From Escherichia phage vB_Eco_F22: a stretch of DNA of 64,000 bases. Below, in pieces: positions 19,270 through 28,475 of the stretch. A program made the position numbers and the translations under genes. The notes under the pieces are model-generated. The model had not been told where the DNA came from. It was given only the letters and a program-made list of their open reading frames with translations, and did no database searches. The stretch lies in sequence record OP870143.1; one strand, written 5' to 3'. Each line of letters opens with the position of its first letter. Position 1 is the stretch's first letter.

Positions 19270-20227
19270 TGTCTCATTGGCTCTGGCTGTATGGCTATTA
19301 CATGACGAGTATGATTACGTAGACAATCCTAAGTACCTGTCTGCTACCACATTGCTTAAACCTATTAAGCAAATCGTCATGAAGCATCGTGTAGATTTTA
19401 GTGACCAGTCCATTGATGTTATGGATTTCGTATCCACATCAATGGGTACTGGCTTACATGACTCTATAGAGAAAGCCTGGAAGCTGGGCCATAAGACTGC
19501 ATTGAAGAAGCTAGGTTATCCTCAGCGAGTAATTGATGCAGTAGTCATTAACCCAACCAAAGCAGACTTTGCTGCTAATCCTGACCTTATCCCAATCTAC
19601 ATTGAACAACGTGGAACCAAACAGGTTAAGGGATGGACTATTGGTGGTAAGTTCGACATCGTAACGGAAGGTCTGCTGCAAGACTTCAAGTCTACCTCAA
19701 CCTATTCCTGGGTTGCTGGTTCCCGTGATGATGAACACAAGATGCAAGGCAGCTTGTATCGTTGGATTCACAACGACATCATTACTGAGGATGTAATTCG
19801 TATTAACTACATCTTCACCGACTTCATGAAACACATGGCTAACAGCAATCCGAACTATCCTGCTAATCGCATTATGCATAAGGATATTCCATTGCTATCT
19901 GTCGAGAAGACTGAGCGTTGGGTAGAGGAGAAGATTCACTTAATTGAAAAGTACTGGGATGCACCTGAAGAGGAAATCCCTGAATGTACTGACGAGGAGT
20001 TGTGGCGAACAGAGCCACAGTTCAAATACTTCTCTGATGCTTCTAAGGTAGATGTACCTGGAGCCAGAAGTACCAAAAACTTTGACGATATGGCATCTGC
20101 CCGTATCTTCATGGCTGAAAAAGGTGGCAAGGGTGCTATCAAGGTCGTGGAGGGACAGGTTAAAAGATGTCTTTACTGTCCTGTCGCATCTATTTGCAAA
20201 CAAAGAGAGAGATATTTTCCATCATGA
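19247..20227 (+). CDS. PD-(D/E)XK-type nuclease with C-terminal Cys cluster (Cas4/RecB-like)
   Basis: Candidate D...(E/D)xK core (GGKFDIV...LLQDFKS) and terminal cysteines (ECTDEE ... RCLYCPVASIC) as in Fe-S RecB-family nucleases. Confidence 0.5.
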   Translation: MKITNNHDVSLALAVWLLHDEYDYVDNPKYLSATTLLKPIKQIVMKHRVDFSDQSIDVMDFVSTSMGTGLHDSIEKAWKLGHKTALKKLGYPQRVIDAVVINPTKADFAANPDLIPIYIEQRGTKQVKGWTIGGKFDIVTEGLLQDFKSTSTYSWVAGSRDDEHKMQGSLYRWIHNDIITEDVIRINYIFTDFMKHMANSNPNYPANRIMHKDIPLLSVEKTERWVEEKIHLIEKYWDAPEEEIPECTDEELWRTEPQFKYFSDASKVDVPGARSTKNFDDMASARIFMAEKGGKGAIKVVEGQVKRCLYCPVASICKQRERYFPS

Positions 20228-22377
20228 GTATTGACCTTACCGGAGTAGTGCACCATCCAGCGATTGAAGAAATCGTAGATGTGCTCTGCAATAAAACCCA
20301 GAATAACGACCGGGGATTCTTCCGTGTCGAAGTAGCCTACTTCTTGGCTAAAATGGCATCCTGCATGGGTGCAACCATCGTAACTAAAGACCGTGGTGAC
20401 CTGCCGGTAAACATCTACGCTATGGCGTTGGCTACATCTGGTTTCGGTAAAGGTCACTCGGTAAATATCATTGAAGACGGGTTCATGACTGGCTTCCGTA
20501 AACGTTTTATGGAAGACACCATGCCCGTCATTGCAAATGACCGTTTATGGAAGATTGCTAACGAACGTGCTGCTCGTCAGGGTACGGACCAGAATGATGA
20601 GTTTGATAAAGTCGAAGCAGAGTATAAACGTGCTGGGGCATTCCCATTCACATTCGACTCTGGTACAGCACCTGCTGTAAAACAACTTCGTCACAAACTA
20701 CTTATGGCTGGTTGTGGTGCTATTAACCTACAGATTGATGAGATTGGTTCCAACCTCATTGCCAACGTTGAAGTACTTAACCTGTTCCTTGAGTTGTATG
20801 ACCAGGGGAAAGTAAAACAGAAGTTAACCAAGAACACTGCTGAAAGTATTCGTGGTGAAGAACTGGATGGTAAGACTCCTGCTAACCTGCTGCTGTTCGG
20901 TACTCCGAGTAAGCTGCTGGATGGTGGGCAGACTGAAGACCAGTTCTATGACTTCCTCGATACAGGGTATGCACGTCGTTGTCTGTTTGCGATTGGACAC
21001 TTAGACAAGCGAGCACATGCAACGCTGACCCCGGAAGAAATCTACCGTAACCTGATTAAGCAGGATAACGTTCAATCTCTTGGTAAGTGGGCTAACCACT
21101 TCCATAGTCTGGCTGACCCAAACCTGTTTGGCTTTAAGATGATTGTGGAAGATGCAGTGGGTATTGCTTTAATTACTTACAAAATTGATTGTGAGAAAAA
21201 AGCAGAAGCTATGGCTGACCACGAAGAAATTCGTAAGGCTGAAATCTCTCACCGTTACTTTAAGGCTCTTAAGCTGGCAGGTGCACTGGCGTTTGTTGAC
21301 CAGAGTTCATTCATTGAGATGTCTCACCTTAAACAAGCAATCCTGCTCGTAGAAGAATCCGGGGCAGCATTCCAGGGTATTCTCAATCGCGAGAAAGCCT
21401 ATGTGAAGCTGGCTAAGTACATTGCCTCCGTAGGTAAGGAAGTGACACATGCTGACTTGCTGGAGTCATTACCATTCTATAAGAGTGGTAATGCAGCTCG
21501 TAATGAGATGATGACTCTTGCTACAGCATGGGGTTACAAACAGCACATCATTATTAAGAAGACCTTCAATGAAGGTATTGAGTTCTTCCGTGGTGAGACT
21601 CTGAAAGAGACTGATACCAATGAGATGATAGTGGCATATAGTGATAGCTTTGCTTATGACTATGTTGGTGAACGTGTACCGTTTGACCAATTACATGTAT
21701 TAACCCAAGCTCCCGGTATGCACTGGGTGAACCATCACATGAAGAATGGACATCGTTCTGAAGAGAACGTTATTCCAGGATTTAACATGATTGTTATTGA
21801 CTGTGATGGTGGAGTACCTCTGCATACGTGCCATGAACTGATGAAGGAATATAAGTTCATGACCTATACCACTAAGCGTCACACCGACGAAGAGAACCGC
21901 TTCCGTCTGATTATTCCAATGAACTATGAGTTACACCTCGACACTGAGGAATACAAAGAGTTCATGAATAACGTTATGGCTTGGCTACCATTTGAAACGG
22001 ATGAGTCTGCTAACCAACGAGCCAAGAAGTGGATGTCCTGTGAGACTGGTTCCTATCATTACAACCTTGATGCAAATCTGTTGGATGTACGTGACTTTAT
22101 TCCTCGTACCAGTAAGAACGAGCAGTTCCAGAACCAGATGAAGGAAGTTCAGTCGTTAGACAATCTGGAGCGTTGGTTCGCTGGTCGTATTGCCTCCGGT
22201 AATCGTAATAATCAAATGATTAAGTACGCACTGGCATTAGTAGACAGTGGTTGGGACTTTGCTCAAGTACAGCAAGCCGTCTACTCATTCAATAAGAAAC
22301 TGGCTAATCCATTACCAGATGATGAATTGAATTCAACCGTAATGGTCACCGTGGCTAAACGCTTCGCTGGCAAGTAA
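20224..22377 (+). CDS. primase-like replication protein (assigned by position between nuclease and ATPase, N4 gp43-like)
   Basis: 717 aa from ATG at 20224; large replication-module protein; function is inferred from synteny, not from a clear motif. Confidence 0.45.
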   Translation: MSIDLTGVVHHPAIEEIVDVLCNKTQNNDRGFFRVEVAYFLAKMASCMGATIVTKDRGDLPVNIYAMALATSGFGKGHSVNIIEDGFMTGFRKRFMEDTMPVIANDRLWKIANERAARQGTDQNDEFDKVEAEYKRAGAFPFTFDSGTAPAVKQLRHKLLMAGCGAINLQIDEIGSNLIANVEVLNLFLELYDQGKVKQKLTKNTAESIRGEELDGKTPANLLLFGTPSKLLDGGQTEDQFYDFLDTGYARRCLFAIGHLDKRAHATLTPEEIYRNLIKQDNVQSLGKWANHFHSLADPNLFGFKMIVEDAVGIALITYKIDCEKKAEAMADHEEIRKAEISHRYFKALKLAGALAFVDQSSFIEMSHLKQAILLVEESGAAFQGILNREKAYVKLAKYIASVGKEVTHADLLESLPFYKSGNAARNEMMTLATAWGYKQHIIIKKTFNEGIEFFRGETLKETDTNEMIVAYSDSFAYDYVGERVPFDQLHVLTQAPGMHWVNHHMKNGHRSEENVIPGFNMIVIDCDGGVPLHTCHELMKEYKFMTYTTKRHTDEENRFRLIIPMNYELHLDTEEYKEFMNNVMAWLPFETDESANQRAKKWMSCETGSYHYNLDANLLDVRDFIPRTSKNEQFQNQMKEVQSLDNLERWFAGRIASGNRNNQMIKYALALVDSGWDFAQVQQAVYSFNKKLANPLPDDELNSTVMVTVAKRFAGK

Positions 22378-22433
22378 GCAAACAGGAGTCTTTCTTTGGT
22401 TTGAAGGACTCCTAAACTAAACGAGGAAAAATA

Positions 22434-23186
22434 ATGTCCGAAGAAATCTCCAACGATATGAACACTCAGCTAATCCTGATTGCAGGATTCTCAGCAAGTG
22501 GTAAATCAGCATCGCTGCGTAATATCCGGAACCAGGAACGCTGGCTGTATCTGAATACAGAAGCAGGCAAGCGTCTACCTTTTCGTAATAAATTCAACAC
22601 CTACAACATTGAAGACCCATATCAGATTTGGGAAGCATTTGATGTTGCATCTCCAGGTGGTGAAATGGCAGATGATGTTGATGGTATCATCATCGACTCT
22701 GCTACCTTCATGATGGACATGTTGGAATCCCAGTATGTATTGCCATCTGCTAATACTCAGAAAGCCTGGGGAGACTTTGCACAGTTCTTTAAAATACTGC
22801 TGCAACAGAAAGTCGTTAAGTTTGGTAAGCCAGTAATTATTACTGCACATGCCAAAGATGAACTCGACGAAGCTGCTGGTGTGATGAAAACATTCATCCC
22901 AGTTAAAGGCTCCCTGAAGAACAATGGCCTTGAGGCTTACTTCTCTACAGTGGTTTACGCAGAACGTGTAGACATTAAGGAACTGGAGAAGTACGGCAAC
23001 AAGATGCTTGATATTACGGAAGAAGAACGTGACTTAGGCTATAAGCACGTATTCCAGACACGTCCAACCAAGAAGTCTGTTGGTAAACGACTTCGCTCAC
23101 CGATGGGTATGTTTGATAAGTCGCAGACTTACATTGATAATGATGCCCAAAAACTCTTAGACCATCTGGCTGAATACTACGCTTAA
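22434..23186 (+). CDS. P-loop NTPase (RecA/Sak4-like small ATPase)
   Basis: Walker A GFSASGKS near the N-terminus and Walker B-like GIIIDS; 250 aa. Confidence 0.55.
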   Translation: MSEEISNDMNTQLILIAGFSASGKSASLRNIRNQERWLYLNTEAGKRLPFRNKFNTYNIEDPYQIWEAFDVASPGGEMADDVDGIIIDSATFMMDMLESQYVLPSANTQKAWGDFAQFFKILLQQKVVKFGKPVIITAHAKDELDEAAGVMKTFIPVKGSLKNNGLEAYFSTVVYAERVDIKELEKYGNKMLDITEEERDLGYKHVFQTRPTKKSVGKRLRSPMGMFDKSQTYIDNDAQKLLDHLAEYYA

Positions 23187-23226
23187 GCGTTTGCCTGGTT
23201 GTTAATCACTTATTAGGAAAAATATT

Positions 23227-24030
23227 ATGTCACTGTTCGGTAACTTGAAAGAAAAAACCAAAAACGTTGAAGCTGCAAAAGACACTCTTGGTGGTGGTGG
23301 CTTCGGTGCTAAAGAATCTGATATCTACACTGGTACTGTAAAAGTAGCTTACGTAGGTAAAGCTGATTCTGGTGCAGACTGGATGCAGTTAATCATCGAA
23401 AACCTGAAAGGTTCTGACGGCAATGATGCTGGTGAGTTCCGTGCTCAGGTGTACTTTACTTCCGGTAATGCTAAAGGCAATAAGCCGACTTACGAGAAGA
23501 ATGGTAAAGAATACTTCCTGCCTGGCTACACTGTCATTAATGACATGATGCTGATGGCTACTGGTTGTGAACTGCCAGATGCAGACTTCGAAGAGAAGAT
23601 TGTTAAAGTCTATGACTTCGACCTGAAAGCTGAAACCAATAAGTCTGTCATGGTTCCAGTTGACCTGGTTGGGCAGACTGTTACCTTCGCTCTGGAAAAG
23701 GTTCTGGAAGCTAAGCAGGTTAAAGGTGACAACGGTTACGTTGACTCCGGAGAAACTCGTGAAGTAAACGAGATTCAGAAAGTATTTCACCCGGAATTGC
23801 TGGTCACAGTCGTCGAGGCTCAGGAAGCAGAGAAGGCTGAGAAAGAACTGACCCCAGAACTGGCTGTATTCTATGCAGCATGGCTGGAAAAGAACAAAGG
23901 TAAAACCCGTGATAAGACCAAGGGTTCTGCTGGTGGTAATGGTAAAGGTGGCCTGCCTCCTAAACCAGGTGCAGGTGCTGGCACAGGTACTACTCCTGCT
24001 GGTGGTAAATCTCTGTTCGGTAAGCGTTAA
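23227..24030 (+). CDS. single-stranded DNA-binding protein-like (N4 gp45-like by position and size)
   Basis: 267-aa ORF with Gly-rich, low-complexity C-terminus; assignment is from synteny. Confidence 0.45.
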   Translation: MSLFGNLKEKTKNVEAAKDTLGGGGFGAKESDIYTGTVKVAYVGKADSGADWMQLIIENLKGSDGNDAGEFRAQVYFTSGNAKGNKPTYEKNGKEYFLPGYTVINDMMLMATGCELPDADFEEKIVKVYDFDLKAETNKSVMVPVDLVGQTVTFALEKVLEAKQVKGDNGYVDSGETREVNEIQKVFHPELLVTVVEAQEAEKAEKELTPELAVFYAAWLEKNKGKTRDKTKGSAGGNGKGGLPPKPGAGAGTGTTPAGGKSLFGKR

Positions 24031-24584
24031 TGAAAATCCCAATTGTCGGTGCAGACATTAGCCTCCGCAATTGGGGATTAGCTCGTGGGATGCTGGACAT
24101 TGAGTCCGGCGTCTTCGAGCAGGTCGAACTTAAACTGGTTCAAACTGAAGTTGACCACAACAAACAAGTTCGAACCAACTCCAAAGATATACAAGCTGCC
24201 CATGATTTGTTTCTTGGTTGTGAAGAATGGTTACGGTCTGCTAAAGCAGTATTCGTAGAAGTGCCAGTAGGCTCTCAGTCTGCTAATGGTATGAAGTCCT
24301 ATGGTGTATGCGTAGGATTAATCGGTGCATTCCGTGCATTGGGTTGCCCAATCTTTGAAGTATCCCCAATTGAAAACAAACTTGCACTGGTCGGTGATAA
24401 AACTGCATCCAAAGACACGATGATCCGTGCTGCTCATGCCATCTATCCTGAAGCCAACTGGCTCACAGATAAGAAAGGTAAACTTCTGAATAAGAATGAG
24501 CACTTAGCCGATGCAATCGGTGCAATCCACGCTGGGGTAAATCTTCCAGCTTTCCAAAATCTCATTAAATTAATAAAGGCATAA
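24030..24584 (+). CDS. RuvC-like Holliday junction resolvase
   Basis: N-terminal IVGADISLRNWGLARG (RuvC motif I-like) and C-terminal HLADAIGAIHAG (catalytic Asp region); start overlaps upstream stop (TAATG). Confidence 0.65.
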   Translation: MKIPIVGADISLRNWGLARGMLDIESGVFEQVELKLVQTEVDHNKQVRTNSKDIQAAHDLFLGCEEWLRSAKAVFVEVPVGSQSANGMKSYGVCVGLIGAFRALGCPIFEVSPIENKLALVGDKTASKDTMIRAAHAIYPEANWLTDKKGKLLNKNEHLADAIGAIHAGVNLPAFQNLIKLIKA

Positions 24585-24585
24585 T

Positions 24586-25035
24586 ATGCAAATCGTTCTG
24601 AACCAGTCTGAAGTAGAAGCTGCTATTGAAGCTTATGTAAACGAACAAGTTAATCTTGCCGGGGACATTAATATCCTGGTGAATGCAGATGGTACTGCCA
24701 CCATTGGAATCAATGAAGAGGTCGGTCATAGTGATGACACTCCCCCCGTGGTAGAGAAGAAGACTCGCCGTCCTCGTAAGAATCCACAGGAAGCCAAACA
24801 CCGTCCAGTAGAACCGGAACCGGCTGTTGAGGATGAAGCTGAAGAAGAGGTAAAGGAAGAAGAAACCCAGACCTCTACTGGTGGTGTGAACGAGAGTTCT
24901 ACGCCGGAAGCTGAAGAAGTAGTAGCTGAACCAGAAGCACAAGAAGAAGCTGTGCAGGAGGAAGTTAAGGCAGAAGAACCAGCAGAGAAACCTGCTGCGA
25001 AGCCTTCACTGTTCGCTGGCCTGAAACGTAGTTAA
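24586..25035 (+). CDS. acidic Glu-rich protein
   Basis: 149 aa; C-terminal ~70 residues are dominated by E/A/P/V low-complexity acid repeats. Confidence 0.55.
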   Translation: MQIVLNQSEVEAAIEAYVNEQVNLAGDINILVNADGTATIGINEEVGHSDDTPPVVEKKTRRPRKNPQEAKHRPVEPEPAVEDEAEEEVKEEETQTSTGGVNESSTPEAEEVVAEPEAQEEAVQEEVKAEEPAEKPAAKPSLFAGLKRS

Positions 25036-25266
25036 TCTGGTAGGTGGCTCAGAAGCTGCTGCTAGGTGTGGTAGTGTTTATAGTCCTGATGCTACTACTA
25101 GTCAGGATTATAGACGTGTCGGCTCCATACATAGCTTTTATCATCACTGTCATTATCCTGTGGAAATGCAGTGGTAAACACGGTGGTGACAAGCCGCCAG
25201 AATAACAACAACCGAACCAGTGGACTTTAATACTCTCCGAAGTCCATTGGTTCAACCGGGGTTGAT

Positions 25267-25437
25267 ATGAACAAATTTACTATTCACTGGCTCAATGGAA
25301 AGGTTAGTTCTTTCATGGGTGGAGAACCTGCTGAAGGAAACAAAGCATTCCACATTGATTCAGAAGGCTGCAAAATCTTAATACCATATGCTTGGTATAA
25401 AGATGGTGAAGTTGAAGCATTAAAAAAGAGTAGTTAA
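25267..25437 (+). CDS. small hypothetical protein (56 aa, not in the ORF track)
   Basis: ATG at 25267 read by hand to TAA 25435-25437; weak purine-rich RBS. Confidence 0.25.
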   Translation: MNKFTIHWLNGKVSSFMGGEPAEGNKAFHIDSEGCKILIPYAWYKDGEVEALKKSS

Positions 25438-25865
25438 TATCGTGAAGGGTTCTGTCAGAATCCTTTGAGATAGGAACTCCTATCATAACCTTTCTTAACT
25501 TAATCTTTGCCGTATGGCACTGACGCTAGGGGTGGCCCCCCATCCGTCAGACAGACTATTTTAAGAATGGGTTATCTCAGAAAATGTAAAGCAACATTCG
25601 GGTTAATCAATGGCCTCTCCTATAGAGGCCATTTCTGAATCTTAGGCTATATCCCAAAGGTTAATATCTTTGGGATAAGGCTTCAGATCCCTTATCAAAC
25701 TAACCGCTCAATGTTGAGCATTTTAATCACATAAGCCCCTATATGGGCTGGGTTAAATGTCGGATAGCATAGCTACCTACAGCATCGAATTGTTAGGTCT
25801 TACATGCAATATAGGGTATAAAGGGAGGACTCGTCCCCTCCCTCCTATTATGACATCCTATCAAT

Positions 25866-25929
25866 GAGTACACTTCAAGTGGTAGGCCTGCCGCTCTTGA
25901 AATTCATCTGCAAAGCTGGAAGTGTACTC
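25866..25929. repeat. 11-bp perfect inverted repeat separated by 42 nt
   Basis: gagtacacttc (25866-25876) and its exact reverse complement gaagtgtactc (25919-25929). Confidence 0.8.
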
Positions 25930-26109
25930 TTTGATAGTTTTCGTAAGCGATTATGCGGTTTTTTAGAAACGAACCAATAACATAAATGCAAACGATGATG
26001 TTGTTCTGATGGCAGCCTAATAAGCCAAGCGTCAGTCAGGAGTGAGTCGTCCTGATTATCAAACGACCGTGGAGTACTCCCGTCCATGTATTAGAAACGG
26101 GGGACCAAT

Positions 26110-26476
26110 TACCAGTTGCACGAGATGGCTTGACATGTTCAAGTTTGGACTAAGTGTGACACCGCTAGATTGGAGGGCTGCTGCGGTAAGCTATAGACTC
26201 CAACCGGAGGTTCGAATCCTTCACTGGTAACCAATTCAAAGTAGCACTGCATAGAACGCGAAAAGGTACAGCGACGTTAGCCATACGGTATTGTGAGGTT
26301 CGAGTCCTCACCTATGAGCAGTGACGACTGCAACAGTGCTACTCTGAATTGGAAGAATTAAGACGGGTCTGGTGAAGTAGATGGGGTTCGATTCCCCCAG
26401 GTGGAGTAATCCACTAGCGTGCTTGGTGCACGAATAAGACTTAATACTGGTGGTTCGATTCCATCCCCCGTTACCC
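26110..26476 (+). ncRNA. cluster of tRNA-like structured elements (T-arm-like hairpins; canonical cloverleaves not confirmed)
   Basis: Four T-arm-like hairpins with GGTTCGA(A/T/G)T loops at 26206-26222, 26294-26310, 26382-26398 and 26449-26465; acceptor-like long-range stems (taccagt/actggta, gtagcactg/cagtgctac, gacggg/cccgtt) enclose ~100-125 nt units rather than ~76 nt. Confidence 0.3.
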
Positions 26477-26667
26477 AAAGTCGCCAGGTACTTATGGCAA
26501 ATGGGTAGTAACGAACTAGTCATTCGTCAAACGCCCACCTAATTACGAGTCAGCAAGAACGCCTTCATTTAAACTTAAACAAAAAAGCTTAACGCAATAA
26601 TTATGTAGGGGTATGTAAGGATTGCGAAGAAGGAGCCAGTTAGAGCCTGGCATGACTCACCCATTAT

Positions 26668-26743
26668 GTCCACTTAGCTTAGACTGGGAAAGCAACCGAC
26701 TAATAATCGGAAGGTCACTGGTTCAAATCCAGTAGTGGACACC
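26668..26743 (+). tRNA. tRNA (cloverleaf folds by hand; anticodon reading uncertain)
   Basis: Acceptor gtccact/agtggac 7/7 bp, D-stem gctt/aagc, T-arm actgg-ttcaaat-ccagt, discriminator A then CC; anticodon stem has 4 of 5 pairs and the loop ctaataa gives an unusual AAT anticodon. Confidence 0.5.
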
Positions 26744-26977
26744 TATTCAGCAGTAACATAGTCCTGATTGCATAGCACTCTAAAGACAACACTGGTAAGA
26801 CAGTCCAGTGGCTGCTAATGTATTGTTATTCCCCTCGACGGGAATTTCGCTAGTGAAGGTAACACTTAAAAATCCAAAGCTACGTCTTACTACTATCGGG
26901 CTATCAACCCACGGTCGCTTAACCCTATAGCGGTAGTAGTTTGACGGCCTGCCTCGTTGACTGCGTTAAAGTCACTA

Positions 26978-27016
26978 AGTCCCTCGGAGCCGTCACTCTG
27001 GGGGACTTTTTTATTT
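26978..27016 (+). terminator. Rho-independent terminator closing the RNA island
   Basis: Stem agtccc...gggact followed by ttttttat. Confidence 0.5.
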
Positions 27017-27041
27017 GAGAACTACTTATTGGACGATTCAT

Positions 27042-27200
27042 ATGATTGACCTAATCTTAACACCGTATGCCTATGAGGTAACGGATAACCAAGGACGTAA
27101 GTCTTTGGTGTTTGCAGGTAGCGTAGCCTATAACAACGCAGTCATGTTTAAATACAAACTCAAACCACTCTATGAGGCTAATAATGGCAACAGTAAGTAA
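27042..27200 (+). CDS. small hypothetical protein
   Basis: Internal ATG of track ORF 27015..27200, placed after the terminator; 52 aa. Confidence 0.3.
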   Translation: MIDLILTPYAYEVTDNQGRKSLVFAGSVAYNNAVMFKYKLKPLYEANNGNSK

Positions 27201-27564
27201 AGAATCAATCGAAGCTAAGATTAAGAGCGTCTACTATTTCAACGGTGCTGATGCAGTAAAGTCTGCCTTCGTTAACCCTTCTGCACTTCCGGCAGACGAT
27301 TTGTCTAACCTGGGCCTGGTAACCTACTGTATTATCATCCTGGAAAACGGCTTCAAAGTTGAAGGTGTATCTGCCTGTGTTGACCCGACCATCTATGATG
27401 AGCAGAAAGGTCGTCAGTATGCATATGAAAACGCATTCAATAAGATTTGGGAAATAGAGGGTTACCTGCTGCGTCAGGCACTGCATGAGAAAGAGGAGAC
27501 TGCTAAGGCTCTGGCTTCCTTTGCAGAAAACAACACCTGTGATGGTGGTGGTTGCACCATTTAA
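27184..27564 (+). CDS. hypothetical protein
   Basis: ATG at 27184 with GAGG RBS; 126 aa. Confidence 0.5.
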   Translation: MATVSKESIEAKIKSVYYFNGADAVKSAFVNPSALPADDLSNLGLVTYCIIILENGFKVEGVSACVDPTIYDEQKGRQYAYENAFNKIWEIEGYLLRQALHEKEETAKALASFAENNTCDGGGCTI

Positions 27565-27644
27565 CAAACAGGTATATGGTAGTTTTTACCGAAAGGTACT
27601 GAACTACCTGTCATGTGGTAAGGCTCTAGAAGCCAAAACAAAAC

Positions 27645-27672
27645 AAGCCCTCCTAGTGAGGGCTTTATCATT
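27645..27672 (+). terminator. terminator-like hairpin
   Basis: aagccctc-ctagt-gagggctt followed by tatcattt. Confidence 0.4.
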
Positions 27673-27683
27673 TGAGGTAGTTA

Positions 27684-28171
27684 TGTCAGAAGAAATTAAA
27701 GTTCACTTCACCAACTACATTGGAACCAAGTGTGTAAATGGTTTCAAGATGAACAAGGAAACATATTGCAAACTTCGTGGCTGGGATGTGCCTGCTAATG
27801 AAGACCCATTAGAAGTAGGTTACCTAGTAGAATACCCGGATTCTAAACCTAACCATGAGCAATTCCGTGGTTATATTAGCTGGTCACCGAGGGCTGCATT
27901 TGAGGCTGCATATCATGATGTAGATAAAGGCTGTAGCTTTGGTCATGCAGTAGAACTTATAAAACTAGGTCACAGACTGACCCGTAAAGGCTGGAACGGT
28001 AAGGGAATGTATATCACCCTAGTATCTGGTGAAAATTGGGCTATGGATAAACATGAGAATACCATATGTGAGAAACGGGATTGGTTGGGCATAAAAACTG
28101 TTGATGACCAGTTTATGCCTTGGGTTCCATCCCAATCGGATGTATTAGCCGAAGACTGGATAATTCTATAG
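27684..28171 (+). CDS. DUF2829-like protein (Tad2-like candidate anti-defence protein)
   Basis: C-terminal half carries AVELIKLGHRLTRKGWNGKGMYI, which I recall as the hallmark of DUF2829; start at ATG 27684 (GAGG RBS) after the terminator hairpin. Confidence 0.45.
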
Positions 28172-28179
28172 GAAACTAT

Positions 28180-28473
28180 ATGGAACTCTTTAAGAAAGGG
28201 CAGCTTATACCAAAGCGTATTGGTGGATTGCATGTTCATCGTAAGGCAAGACATCGTTTAACCTTTGGTTGTGATGTACAAATTGATGGTAACAATTGGA
28301 TTGCCGTACCAGATACAGGAATTGCAATGGTTCACTGTAAGAAGTTAGGTATTCGTAGAAACAATGGTACTTATCAAAATGTACATGCTGATTTTGTAGA
28401 TATTCATTTTGAAGCCAACAGGATTGATTATGTAATCAAGACTGAACGAAAAATTCTTGTAGTTAAGAAGTAA
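28180..28473 (+). CDS. hypothetical protein
   Basis: ATG at 28180 with AGGAAA RBS; 97 aa; last plus-strand gene before the late block. Confidence 0.45.
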   Translation: MELFKKGQLIPKRIGGLHVHRKARHRLTFGCDVQIDGNNWIAVPDTGIAMVHCKKLGIRRNNGTYQNVHADFVDIHFEANRIDYVIKTERKILVVKK

Positions 28474-28475
28474 AA

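Noticed and set aside
23389-24042. 217-aa minus-strand ORF
   Set aside because: Antisense to the SSB-like gene within a uniformly plus-strand module; odd composition.
26100-26480. Calling four canonical tRNAs from the T-arm motifs
   Set aside because: I could not pair a 5' acceptor strand at the canonical distance for any of them, so only a cautious tRNA-like label is given.
25049-26523. Minus-strand ORFs 25049..25255, 25875..26087 and 26308..26523 plus plus-strand 26042..26230 in the RNA island
   Set aside because: They overlap T-arm-like and tRNA-like structures, lack RBSs and translate to low-plausibility peptides.
1644-28473. Upstream-extended starts of track ORFs 1644, 5407, 5719, 8042, 13263, 20167, 27485 and 28120
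   Set aside because: The extensions run through terminator hairpins or upstream genes; internal ATGs with Shine-Dalgarno sequences were used instead.
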